Source: Acidobacteriota bacterium
Lineage (GTDB): Bacteria > Acidobacteriota > Blastocatellia > Pyrinomonadales > Pyrinomonadaceae
Assembly (NCBI GenBank): GCA_016713675.1
Contig: JADJOS010000005.1
Coordinates: 144,018 to 208,017 of the forward strand
DNA length: 64,000 bases
Direction of reading: 5' to 3'
Position numbers and translations under genes: made by a program. Below, piece by piece: positions 39,416-47,998 of the stretch (position 1 is the first letter of the stretch; each line of letters begins with the position of its first letter). The notes beneath the pieces were generated by a model. It was not told the DNA's origin, did no database searches, and worked only from the letters and a program-made list of their open reading frames with translations.

Positions 39416-40327
39416 CTATTCGCGGATCAGATCAGCATATACCGAAGGATCGACATTCCCGCCGCTAACGACAACGCAGACCTTTTTATCCGCGAATATC
39501 TCAGGCTTTTCAAGCACGGCCGCGAGGCTCAGGGCTCCGGTCGGTTCGCTTTTCAGATTGGCAAGGTCAAAGTATAACTTCAATGCTGTCTTGATGTTAT
39601 CTTCGGACACTTCAAGTATGTCTCTAACTCCGTCCCTCACGATCGGCCAATTTAGTTTCCCCAATGATAGAGTTCTTGTCCCGTCGGCAATTGTCTGAGG
39701 TTCAAGCTCGTTTGCGACCAGCTTGCCCGAATGAAGCGATCGTGCGGCATCATTGGCCATAAGCGGCTCCGCTCCGATCACCGCAGTCATCTTGCCGTGG
39801 CGGCAAAAGCTCTGAATGATCCCCGAGATCAGGCCGCCGCCGCCGACCGGCACGATAACAACATCAAAATCGTGTGCTGCAAGTTCATCTCCGAGAGTCG
39901 AGTTTCCGTCAATTACTAGTTGATCGTCATACGCGCTTGCAAGATAGGCACCCGGACGCTCAGCGGCTAACTGAGCGAGACGTTCGGCACGGCTCACAAG
40001 CTTTACGTCGATCAGATCGGCCTCGGCACCGTAATTTCGCACCGCATCTACCTTAACCTGAGCCGAATTATGCGGCATTATCACTATGCATTTCTTGCCG
40101 AGCAATTTTGCGGCGTATGCGAGAGCCTGGCCGAAATTGCCTGACGAGACGCCGATCAATTCGTCGTTCGGCACTTTGAGGGCAACATTGTACGCCGCTC
40201 TGAACTTAAAGCTTCCGGTATGCTGAAACGTTTCCGTCGCGATCGTGATGTCGAGGCCGAGATGATCGTTGAGTTTTGATGATGAAATGAGTGTGGTCGG
40301 GCGAATGGCGTCTTGTAGTGATAACAT
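39416..40327 (-). CDS. fold-type II PLP enzyme, threonine ammonia-lyase / serine racemase-like
   Basis: It has the PLP-lysine motif TGSFKFRAA and the glycine loop VGGGGLISG. At about 300 aa it has no ACT regulatory domain. Confidence 0.8.
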   Translation of the reverse strand: MLSLQDAIRPTTLISSSKLNDHLGLDITIATETFQHTGSFKFRAAYNVALKVPNDELIGVSSGNFGQALAYAAKLLGKKCIVIMPHNSAQVKVDAVRNYGAEADLIDVKLVSRAERLAQLAAERPGAYLASAYDDQLVIDGNSTLGDELAAHDFDVVIVPVGGGGLISGIIQSFCRHGKMTAVIGAEPLMANDAARSLHSGKLVANELEPQTIADGTRTLSLGKLNWPIVRDGVRDILEVSEDNIKTALKLYFDLANLKSEPTGALSLAAVLEKPEIFADKKVCVVVSGGNVDPSVYADLIRE

Positions 40328-40401
40328 GTTTTGTAAACGCAGTTTATTATCCTAGGCCCAACTGGGCAAGTTTCGCGGGTTCGGAGGTTGATGCATTCAC
40401 G

Positions 40402-40725
40402 ATGCCAAACAAGGAAATAAAGGAAATGATGGACATGCTCTATACTCAAGCGCAGATGCGCTTTGGGTCGGCGATCAAGGGCCGTTGGTTCTACGACGGT
40501 GATGATTGTCCCGGATGCGGCAAGAAGATCGGTGCAATGAAATACAAAGGGAAAGACGCTCTGTCTCTAAACGCCTTTATCTTTCGAGAACACGGCGTCT
40601 TGATAGCATATTTGCTTTGCGGCAAATGCGGGAATAAGGTCATCAGGGCAACCAGCGACACGCCTTTGCACGGCGAGATCGAAAAGAATCTTAAGAGCGG
40701 CTTTATTAAACAGCTGGGACATTGA
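40402..40725 (+). CDS. small zinc-ribbon hypothetical protein
   Basis: The ATG at 40402 follows a plausible SD (ggagg at 40383-40387). It has CPGCG...(about 45 aa)...CGKCG. The upstream part of the long ORF overlaps the divergent gene and is not credible. Confidence 0.45.
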   Translation: MPNKEIKEMMDMLYTQAQMRFGSAIKGRWFYDGDDCPGCGKKIGAMKYKGKDALSLNAFIFREHGVLIAYLLCGKCGNKVIRATSDTPLHGEIEKNLKSGFIKQLGH

Positions 40726-40730
40726 AAATA

Positions 40731-42143
40731 ATGACAAAGGCACATTTTGGAATGATCGGCCTCGGCACAATGGGCCGCAATTTTCTGCTCAATATCGCCG
40801 AACACGGCATCCCCGGCGTCGGTTACGACCTCGACGCCGATAAACGCGAATTGCTTCTCAAAGAAAGTGCAGGGACGCCGGTCGATGTCGGCACCGATCT
40901 AACCGATTTCATTGCAAAACTCGAATCTCCACGCAACATCATGATGCTCGTCCCTGCGGGACCGATCGTTGACAAAGTGATCGCCGACCTGGCACCGCTC
41001 CTTGATAAGGACGACCTGATCATAGACGGCGGCAACTCGCATTTTACCGACACCGACCGCCGTATCGCCGAGCTTGAGGCAAAAGGCGTCGGTTTTATGG
41101 GCATCGGCGTTAGCGGCGGCGAAGAAGGTGCTCGTCACGGGGCAAGCATAATGCCCGGCGGGAAACGCGAGCATTACGAACGCATCGAAACCACGCTGCA
41201 AGCCGTTTCTGCGAAGGTAAACGGCGAACCGTGCGTCGCGTACATGGGCTCGGGCTCTGCCGGGCACTTCGTCAAGATGGTTCACAACGGCATCGAGTAC
41301 GGCATGATGCAGCTTCTCGCTGAAACGTACGATTTCATGCAGCGTGTCCTGCGGATGGCAAATACCGAGATGCACCGCACATTTACCGATTGGAACGGCG
41401 GCGAACTCAATTCGTTCCTCGTCGAGATCACGGCCGAGGTTTTGAGAAAGACCGATCCCGAGACCGGAAATCCTCTGGTCGCGATGATCCTCGACACTGC
41501 CGGCCAAAAGGGAACCGGCAAATGGACGTCGCAAGCAGCTATGGATCACGGTGTGCCGATCCCGACGATCGATACCGCCGTCTCGATGCGTCAGATCTCG
41601 TCGCAGAAGGCAGTTCGAACCAAGATCGCATCGAAATACTCGGGGATGTCGACCACCGCCGATCAGAGTCATTCGAGAACGTCGGTCGGCGAACTCAAAG
41701 ATGCACTTTTGTGTGCATTTATCCTTACCTACGGACAGGGAATGTCCCTGCTTCAAAAAGCGTCGGTCGAAAGCAGCTACGGCCTCGATCTCGCCGAGAT
41801 CGCCCGAATTTGGCGTGGCGGCTGCATCATTCGCTCAAAACTGCTCGAAACGATCCGCGTGGCGTACTCATCGGATCCGTCGCTCGACAACCTTATGCTT
41901 GATAAGACGTTCGCCGACATGTTGAATTCACGCATCGGTTCGCTTCGAAAGGCTGTCGTCGCATTCAACGAAAACGGCATTCCGGCGGCATGTTTCTCGT
42001 CTGCTCTCGCATATTTCGACGCCTTCCGCACCGAACGCCTCCCCGCAAACCTCATCCAGGCCCAACGCGACTACTTCGGTGCCCACACCTACCAACGGGT
42101 AGACAAAGATGGCACTTTTCATACTGACGATTGGGATAAGTAG
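40731..42143 (+). CDS. gnd: 6-phosphogluconate dehydrogenase, decarboxylating
   Basis: It shows GMIGLGTMGRN (NADP site), GGNSHF, GVSGGEEGAR.G.S.MPGG, FVKMVHNGIEYG.MQ and RDYFGAHTY. Confidence 0.95.
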   Translation: MTKAHFGMIGLGTMGRNFLLNIAEHGIPGVGYDLDADKRELLLKESAGTPVDVGTDLTDFIAKLESPRNIMMLVPAGPIVDKVIADLAPLLDKDDLIIDGGNSHFTDTDRRIAELEAKGVGFMGIGVSGGEEGARHGASIMPGGKREHYERIETTLQAVSAKVNGEPCVAYMGSGSAGHFVKMVHNGIEYGMMQLLAETYDFMQRVLRMANTEMHRTFTDWNGGELNSFLVEITAEVLRKTDPETGNPLVAMILDTAGQKGTGKWTSQAAMDHGVPIPTIDTAVSMRQISSQKAVRTKIASKYSGMSTTADQSHSRTSVGELKDALLCAFILTYGQGMSLLQKASVESSYGLDLAEIARIWRGGCIIRSKLLETIRVAYSSDPSLDNLMLDKTFADMLNSRIGSLRKAVVAFNENGIPAACFSSALAYFDAFRTERLPANLIQAQRDYFGAHTYQRVDKDGTFHTDDWDK

Positions 42144-42260
42144 CGATCAGCAAGAGTGTCGCATCGCGACGCGTTGAATTTAGCCGTGGGCGTTTGTTCA
42201 CGGAAAAGTAAAAATATGCGATCTCGTCGCTTGGCGAAGCCTGAAAACGAGCACGGCGCG

Positions 42261-42491
42261 ATATCAAACGACCGCGTAGCAACATCTATCGACCGCGAAG
42301 CCCGTACAATTGATCGCGTAGCAACTTACAACGACCGCGAAGCTTGATGAATCGACCGCGTAGCTGCATCAAACGACTGCAAAGTTAATTACATTCATTC
42401 CGCAGCCGCTTTCGACGACCGCGTAGCCACTTTCATTCACTCCGTAGCTGCTTTCACTCACCAAATAGCGACTTTCAAACATCCCTCACCT
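42261..42491 (+). repeat. degenerate tandem array, 11 units of exactly 21 nt (core CGACCGCGTAGC decaying toward the 3' side)
   Basis: I phased the units by hand. They start at 42261, 42282, 42303, 42324, 42345, 42366, 42387, 42408, 42429, 42450 and 42471. Units alternate ...cgaccgcgtagc / ...cgaccgcgaagc, and later units keep a (g/a)ctttc prefix. Confidence 0.8.
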
Positions 42492-42499
42492 GCTTTTGC

Positions 42500-42565
42500 T
42501 CCCCTCCTTACTAAGGAGGGGTGGCGTCCCGACGCTTTTGGTCGGGGCGACGGGGTGGTTCTCTC
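42500..42565 (+). repeat. nested-hairpin repeat element, copy 1 (intergenic, long inner hairpin)
   Basis: The sequence is tCCCCTCCTTactAAGGAGGGGTGGcgtcccgacgcttttggtcggggcgacGGGGTGGttctctc. Its ends are shared with the copies at 54996 and 62991. Confidence 0.8.
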
Positions 42566-42619
42566 ATTCTCGACTCCGAACACTGGCCACTTTTCACCTT
42601 TCACTGTTCACTATTTTCC

Positions 42620-42647
42620 TTGACAACACCAAAAACAGGCGTATTAT
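42620..42647 (+). promoter_or_regulatory. near-consensus sigma-70-type promoter for the 42705 gene
   Basis: TTGACA (42620-42625), a 16-nt spacer, then TATTAT (42642-42647). GGAGG lies at 42686-42690 before the ATG at 42705. Confidence 0.5.
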
Positions 42648-42704
42648 CGACTTACCGCAAAATCTTCACGGTAAAAACTATAATTTGGAGGTTCATAACA
42701 CCCT

Positions 42705-43364
42705 ATGAACGATAAAAACCGCAGATACCTTGAGGCAGGCCAGCGTTGCCGTCAATGGATCGTAGATTACGTTGCTCTCATTCCGGTCGGCAGTATGTTC
42801 GAAACGAGGACCGGAGAACTCACCGCACAGGTCGATCTGTTAGAGGATCTGGCCGGCGAGATCGAATCTTTCACCGGCGAAGGCCTTTCCGCCACCGATG
42901 TCAAAGGCTCAGAACGCATCGACCTGCTCGACATTATGGAAAAGGTCCGCAACGCCGCTCGCGCCGCCGAACCCGCAAATCCCGGCACCCGCGACCGTTA
43001 TCGCTACACCACCAATATGTCGCATCAGCTCTTGCTCGCCACAGGCCGGGCATTTGCCGCAGGCGGAGCCGCCGACGAAGCTTTGCTTCAAAGTTACGGC
43101 GCACCCGGCAGCTGGCCCGACCACGTCACCGACGCCTGCAACGCCTTCGAAGCCTCATTCGGCCAACAAGACTCCGCCGTCGGCAGCCGCATCGCCAAAA
43201 ATGCCGAGTTCAACGACAAAATGGCCCAAATGATCGCCACCAAAGCCACCGTCGGCCACATGGTCCCAAACTTCTGCACCGGCAACCCCGGCGCCATCGC
43301 CGCCTGGAACTCCGCCGCCCACGTCGAAGCACCGCCAAAGAAAAAGGTGCCACCGACACCTTAG
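42705..43364 (+). CDS. hypothetical helical protein (visibly GC-rich gene)
   Basis: This frame has balanced amino-acid composition, whereas the overlapping Arg/Pro-rich frame (42746-43402) does not. It is preceded by a promoter and an SD. I recognise no family. Confidence 0.6.
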   Translation: MNDKNRRYLEAGQRCRQWIVDYVALIPVGSMFETRTGELTAQVDLLEDLAGEIESFTGEGLSATDVKGSERIDLLDIMEKVRNAARAAEPANPGTRDRYRYTTNMSHQLLLATGRAFAAGGAADEALLQSYGAPGSWPDHVTDACNAFEASFGQQDSAVGSRIAKNAEFNDKMAQMIATKATVGHMVPNFCTGNPGAIAAWNSAAHVEAPPKKKVPPTP

Positions 43365-43502
43365 TTACTATTCAGTTGTTCTCGAAAGAAAACGACGTTT
43401 AGGCTTGCATCATGGGAGAATCTAGCACACGATAGGCTGCGCGGACGAGTCGGGTTCGATACTGACCAGCGTCGACACCGTCCGAGTTACGATAACAGGA
43501 TA

Positions 43503-43862
43503 ATGGAGGCCAAAATGGTAAAACTTTCCCGTAAAGCAATTAAAGTCGGCGTCGCAGTCTTTGCTGCCATATTACTATGGGGCTGTAGTAATGCGTTAAC
43601 AGAATCTTCCGCAGTCAGAATCCTTCAAAAGAACATGGATGAGCAATACGAAAAATACAAGTCGGATGAGCACCTTAAGGACGTTGTTGAGCATTTGGTG
43701 GTTGAAAGTTGCGAACGTCTGGTCTTAACTGCGGAAACAATGGCCACAGCTCGATGCAAGGTAAGCAGGAAGAATAAGACCACTGCAGTTCTACCTGAGG
43801 TTGTCTTTGGAAAGAAACCTGACGGTACCTGGACTGTCACGTCTGTAACTAGCGCGTTTTAG
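43503..43862 (+). CDS. hypothetical lipoprotein
   Basis: It has a signal peptide with the lipobox LLWGC. The gene is visibly more AT-rich than its neighbours. Confidence 0.6.
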   Translation: MEAKMVKLSRKAIKVGVAVFAAILLWGCSNALTESSAVRILQKNMDEQYEKYKSDEHLKDVVEHLVVESCERLVLTAETMATARCKVSRKNKTTAVLPEVVFGKKPDGTWTVTSVTSAF

Positions 43863-43874
43863 CTTGGAGGCAAA

Positions 43875-44996
43875 ATGAAAACCTTATTCGCCCTAGCAGG
43901 CATTCCCGTTATTTGTTTTCTTCTTTGTACAGACACCGTTAAATGTCAAAAGAGACCATTCGTTCGAACAATCGTTGGATCGATCTCAGCTTTTGAATGC
44001 GGCGATAATTGTTATTTAACGATTATGGACGACTACGGAAAGACACACGTCGGGTTATGCTCGGCTCGTGAATGTGACTCTTGGGTTGATGAAGCCGTAT
44101 TGCCAGTTAGTGCGAAAGGAAAACGAGTCAAGATAACGGTTGGTAGGGGTACGCAATTCGACGGTTCTGGTAGAGCCGTAGGCAAAATGGACGCTTTTAC
44201 TAAAATCCAGTACTTGCCGGATACGCTAACGACTATTAGTTCGGACTGTAGGTATTGCGGAACTTGGAAATATACTGCTGAGGGAAACATGTTTCAAGGC
44301 CAAACAGGTTATCTAAGAGTATCGCAAGAGGGCAAAGCTCGGTTTAAGCTTCTTACCGGGTTTCCTGACCTAGCAGGTCAAATCGAATGGACTGACTTCG
44401 AAATCAAGAATTCGAATGGCATTTACCTAACAGAGGTGGGCGGAAAGTTAACTGGAAGATTTGTTTCACCCAACTTTCTCCCCACCCGTTGGCAGGATTA
44501 TTCTTACCGCATAACTTGTGCTCTTAGATCCGACGGCAAAATGGATTATTCAGTTTGGTCTTCACCTGGTGCTAAAGCTGTAGGGCCTAGCACGACGGAA
44601 CGTTTCGTTGCAACGAGAATTCAAAAGACTAAATCGGAACTTCCAAAAGCCGCTGGGACAAATTCGATGACTGGAACGGTAATTGATAACCCAACGGGAA
44701 TTTGTGGCGTAGGCGAGCTTATCGTATTCTGGTCCGCTATTATTATCAAAGTTGGCGACGAGAGATACTATGTTGCTACCTATGACCCCTGTGTTCTAAA
44801 TTCTGGTAAGCCTACTGCTTTTTCGGCGAAGACAGTTGGGTCAGTTGAACGGGTCGGAAGCACCGTGCAAGTATTCTACTCGAGGAGAGCCCCGGATACG
44901 CGCTCGACCCGCCTAGACTTGGAAGGCCGTCCGAAAGTATTCGAGGGATACGATGGTGAACTTACGGCAACTAGGATTGTTGAAGTGAAAGAATAA
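43875..44996 (+). CDS. hypothetical secreted protein
   Basis: It has a signal peptide and an N-terminal Cys-containing module (FECGDNCYLTIMDDYGKTHVGLCSARECDSW). It starts 12 nt after the lipoprotein gene. I recognise no family. Confidence 0.6.
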   Translation: MKTLFALAGIPVICFLLCTDTVKCQKRPFVRTIVGSISAFECGDNCYLTIMDDYGKTHVGLCSARECDSWVDEAVLPVSAKGKRVKITVGRGTQFDGSGRAVGKMDAFTKIQYLPDTLTTISSDCRYCGTWKYTAEGNMFQGQTGYLRVSQEGKARFKLLTGFPDLAGQIEWTDFEIKNSNGIYLTEVGGKLTGRFVSPNFLPTRWQDYSYRITCALRSDGKMDYSVWSSPGAKAVGPSTTERFVATRIQKTKSELPKAAGTNSMTGTVIDNPTGICGVGELIVFWSAIIIKVGDERYYVATYDPCVLNSGKPTAFSAKTVGSVERVGSTVQVFYSRRAPDTRSTRLDLEGRPKVFEGYDGELTATRIVEVKE

Positions 44997-45212
44997 AAGT
45001 TACTCAATCGCCTGTACGCCTAGGTTCCCAGTTATCGTTGACGACGTCTTTCGCCTAAACCATCTATGTAAGCATCATGATCGATACTTAACTTCACCGA
45101 TTTCTGCAACAATGTAATTCGGCGTGGCGTTTATATTTGCGGAGGATATTTTCTCGATGACTGCGAAGGAACATAATTCCGGAGCCTGATACCCCAATTC
45201 TTTCGACGAAAG

Positions 45213-45587
45213 CTATTCTTCGTTACTTCTGATCTTTTCAACTAATCCTCGTATTTCGGCGGTGGCGGGTGCGTCTGGGTGGTCTTGCTCCACGTATTCG
45301 AGTACCATCTCGGCCCGTTCTTCGAGGTCGAGCATCGTCAGGTCGAGGTCGTTTTGGGCATCGACAAGAGCGACGGCCGAGGCGTACTCATCAGCTAGGG
45401 CCTTTTCCATCTTAGGTATTCTAATTTCCATCTCGGCGAGGTCAGCCAAAAACGGGACGAGCGGCTCCTTCGGCAGAATGCCCGCCGCGAGATTTGCTTT
45501 CGCAATTGCGATCGCCGCTTTAAGGTCATCGAGCCGCTTCGCGGCCTCGGTGTAGCCGCTTTCGCCGAGATGTTTTTGAAGGTCCAT
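45213..45587 (-). CDS. hypothetical acidic helical protein (paralog of 46434-46841)
   Basis: Both proteins share SGYT, EY.S.V..VD..NDL... and an acidic C-terminal helix. Confidence 0.6.
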   Translation of the reverse strand: MDLQKHLGESGYTEAAKRLDDLKAAIAIAKANLAAGILPKEPLVPFLADLAEMEIRIPKMEKALADEYASAVALVDAQNDLDLTMLDLEERAEMVLEYVEQDHPDAPATAEIRGLVEKIRSNEE

Positions 45588-45673
45588 AGCTTTTCCTTCG
45601 AAAATTATGCCGCTAAATCATTCAAAAAACTAACGCCGTCTTCGCTACCGGCCGCAAGAGGCGATCGGCTATG

Positions 45674-46363
45674 TCATATAACCTGCATGATTTCGTCGAG
45701 CGGCTTTCGCTTGATGTCGGGGACTCTTGCGTCGTCAGCGGGATAGCCGACGGGGATCAGGACGAACGGTACTTCGTTCTTTGGGCGTCCGAGTATCTCT
45801 TGCAGGAACTTCATCGGCGAGGGCGTGTGCGTCAGCGTCGCGAGGCCCATATTATGAAGTGCGGCGAGTAATAAACCGACCGCGATACCGACCGATTCCT
45901 GCGAGTAATACGTCGGCTCGCTCTCGCCTGCTTCGACTATCGTCGTGATGCGAAATACTACGATCAGATAAGGTGCGATCTCGAGAAAAGGCTTGTGCTC
46001 GTCAGTGCCGAGCGGTGCAAGACGCCGCAGCCATTTGTCGCTCATTCGATGGTGGTAGCTCTCGTGTTCCTCGACCTCGGCGGCCTCGCGTATCTTCGAC
46101 TTGACTTGCGGGTCACGAACCACGACAAACCGCCAGGGCTGCAAATTTGCCCCCGAAGGCGCCGTCCCAGCCGTCGCGATGGCTCGTTCGATCAGCTCGA
46201 TCGGCACATCGCGGTCCGAATATTCCCTGACCGTTCGCCGCCGAGCGATCAACTCAAAGAATCGCCGTGCCCTCTCAAGCTGCTCGTCCGGTTCGACCTC
46301 AACAAACTCAAGAGGATTGAATTTCGGTGATGCATGTTCCATATTGGTCGATTCGCCCGTCAA
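45674..46363 (-). CDS. nitroreductase-family flavoprotein (iodotyrosine-deiodinase/BluB-like subgroup by length and motifs)
   Basis: It shows RRTVREYSDRDVP.ELIE.AI..AGTAPSGAN.QPW.FVVV and a C-terminal G.P. Confidence 0.8.
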   Translation of the reverse strand: MTGESTNMEHASPKFNPLEFVEVEPDEQLERARRFFELIARRRTVREYSDRDVPIELIERAIATAGTAPSGANLQPWRFVVVRDPQVKSKIREAAEVEEHESYHHRMSDKWLRRLAPLGTDEHKPFLEIAPYLIVVFRITTIVEAGESEPTYYSQESVGIAVGLLLAALHNMGLATLTHTPSPMKFLQEILGRPKNEVPFVLIPVGYPADDARVPDIKRKPLDEIMQVI

Positions 46364-46433
46364 CAGAGCGTACTACTTCTCCAAACACCTAGCAATTTCT
46401 TTCTGACAGTCGTCCGTCATGCGGGCGGTGGCG

Positions 46434-46841
46434 TCATTTAAGATCGCCGAATACCGAGCGGATCTTGGCGGCTTGTTCGGGGTCGGTTTCTTCGAGTTGT
46501 TCGGCGGCGAGTTCGAGTTGTTCCTGGGTTTGCAGGAGTGCGAATTCGAGGTCGTTGCGGGTATCGACGATCCTGACCGTTGATTCGTACTCAGCGGCTA
46601 GGGCGGCGGCTTCGTCGATGACCGCCTTCTCGAATTCAAGCATTTCCGGCGGCAACGCGTTACCGCTTAGCTCAAACTCTCGCCTCGCGTTCTCGACCAG
46701 CCGCATGTCCCGCTCGTTGTCCGCCAGCCGCTTCGTGTATCCGCTCCTTTCAAGCCTTTCCTCTAATGTATTCACTGATTCCTCCGCTGTGTGGCATTTG
46801 CGATCATATCGCGACACGCGCTTTTCTCTTGCGTATTCCAT
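46434..46841 (-). CDS. hypothetical acidic helical protein (paralog of 45213-45587)
   Basis: See the paralog. Its 135 aa are predicted to be all-helical from composition. Confidence 0.6.
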   Translation of the reverse strand: MEYAREKRVSRYDRKCHTAEESVNTLEERLERSGYTKRLADNERDMRLVENARREFELSGNALPPEMLEFEKAVIDEAAALAAEYESTVRIVDTRNDLEFALLQTQEQLELAAEQLEETDPEQAAKIRSVFGDLK

Positions 46842-46902
46842 GGTAAATCGCTAGAATCGCTGAGACATCCCTTCTGTCAGATAGATTATATAATAACGGA
46901 GA

Positions 46903-47265
46903 ATGATGATTATGAGTTTCAGCAGCAAATTGTTCAGAATGAGTGTGTTAAGTGCATTTCTCGTTTTGATGAGTTTTTCCGCCACCTATGCCCAGGATGG
47001 TGAAGTTAGTTTCACGGTTTACAACAAAACGAACTCGCGTATCACGAGACTGCTCGTTGCCGAGCCGGGCAAGAAAACATGGAGCTACTTTGACATCGGA
47101 AAGGGTATCGCTCCGGGCGGCTCAATGGTACTGGCCTGGGATAAATCAGCCTACAACGAAGATTGCGTACAGTGGATAAAAGCCGTGTATGCGGACAAAT
47201 CGCAATCCCCCGCGGTCAAGTTCGACTTCTGCGAAGACGATCTCGAGTTGGAATTCACGGAATAA
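46903..47265 (+). CDS. small hypothetical secreted protein
   Basis: It has a signal peptide (SVLSAFLVLMSFSATYAQ) and is followed by a strong terminator. Confidence 0.55.
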   Translation: MMIMSFSSKLFRMSVLSAFLVLMSFSATYAQDGEVSFTVYNKTNSRITRLLVAEPGKKTWSYFDIGKGIAPGGSMVLAWDKSAYNEDCVQWIKAVYADKSQSPAVKFDFCEDDLELEFTE

Positions 47266-47289
47266 GCAAACACTTTCTCCAAAATAAGC

Positions 47290-47330
47290 AAGGCCGGCCG
47301 AATTTCAACATTCGTCCGGCCTTTCTGTTT
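47290..47330 (+). terminator. rho-independent terminator
   Basis: aaggccggccgaat (47290-47303) pairs with attcgtccggcctt (47310-47323) with one mismatch, followed by tctgttt. Confidence 0.7.
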
Positions 47331-47444
47331 GATCGCCCGACTTCAATACTGCTTCTTTCAAGCCATCCCTCTGAGGTATTCACCAATGCCTCCATTATGT
47401 GGTCTATGGTAAGATACCGCGAAAAGCTCAAGGAGAGAGACGAT

Positions 47445-47906
47445 ATGGCGTATCCAAACATATTCGACAAAGAGGTTGCGGACGGAGTTATCGCGAGGCT
47501 GAATACTTTGACGCCGGAGTCGCAGCGGCAGTGGGGCAAGATGGACGTTGCGAGGATGTTCGCACATTGCAATGTCGCGTATGAGTGCATCTACGAGCCG
47601 GACAAGCATCCGAAGCCGAAATTTCCGATGAGTTTTATACTCAAATACATCGTTGCTCCGATCGTCGTCGGAGAAAAACCGCCCAAGAGGAATTCGCCTA
47701 CGGGCCCGCAGTTCATTATCGCCGACGAACGCGAGTTCGAACGCGAACGATCGCGACTCATCGATTACATAAACCGAACGACCGAGCTTGGCGAAGCAGA
47801 GTTCGACGGCAAAGAATCGCACTCTTTCGGCGTGCTGAACAAGACGCAGTGGTCGAATATGCTCTATAAGCACCTCGATCATCACTTGCAGCAATTCGGG
47901 GCTTAG
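47445..47906 (+). CDS. DUF1569/DinB-like four-helix protein
   Basis: The ATG at 47445 is preceded by aaggagag. It shows RQWGKMDVARMFAHC...YKHLDHHLQQFG. The upstream part of ORF 47163-47906 crosses a terminator and is rejected. Confidence 0.6.
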   Translation: MAYPNIFDKEVADGVIARLNTLTPESQRQWGKMDVARMFAHCNVAYECIYEPDKHPKPKFPMSFILKYIVAPIVVGEKPPKRNSPTGPQFIIADEREFERERSRLIDYINRTTELGEAEFDGKESHSFGVLNKTQWSNMLYKHLDHHLQQFGA

Positions 47907-47953
47907 GGGCAGGAGTTAACCGCGAAACAGGCGAAAAGAGCTAAATAAAAAGA

Positions 47954-47998
47954 TCATTTGTTCGTACATTTCGCGTATTTAGCGGTTAATAGTTCTTA
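47954..47998 (+). repeat. copy C of the three-unit ATTTCGTG-type motif ending GGTTA..TTCTTA
   Basis: The sequence is tcatttgttcg tacatttcgcg tatttagcg gttaatagttctta. The final tta is the complement of the lpxC stop codon. Confidence 0.5.

Noticed and set aside
42156-42347. A 63-aa ORF running through the first repeat units, showing a 7-aa periodicity (DRVAT / DREA).
   Set aside because: It stops after four units. It starts in the gnd 3' flank without an SD, and the periodic peptide is simply a by-product of the 21-nt DNA period. At most it is a fossil of a former coding repeat.
42261-42491. The 21-nt repeat array as a possible CRISPR array.
   Set aside because: The units are contiguous with no unique spacers, they are degenerate rather than conserved, and they are much shorter than a CRISPR repeat-plus-spacer period. 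No cas genes are in the window.
42746-43402. A 218-aa alternative frame overlapping the 42705-43364 gene.
   Set aside because: It has extreme Arg/Pro/Ser composition typical of an off-frame reading of GC-rich coding DNA. The 42705 frame has normal composition plus a promoter and an SD.
47163-47444. An N-terminal extension of the DUF1569-like ORF overlapping the end of the preceding gene.
   Set aside because: The extension spans a strong rho-independent terminator (47290-47330), and the internal ATG at 47445 has a good SD.
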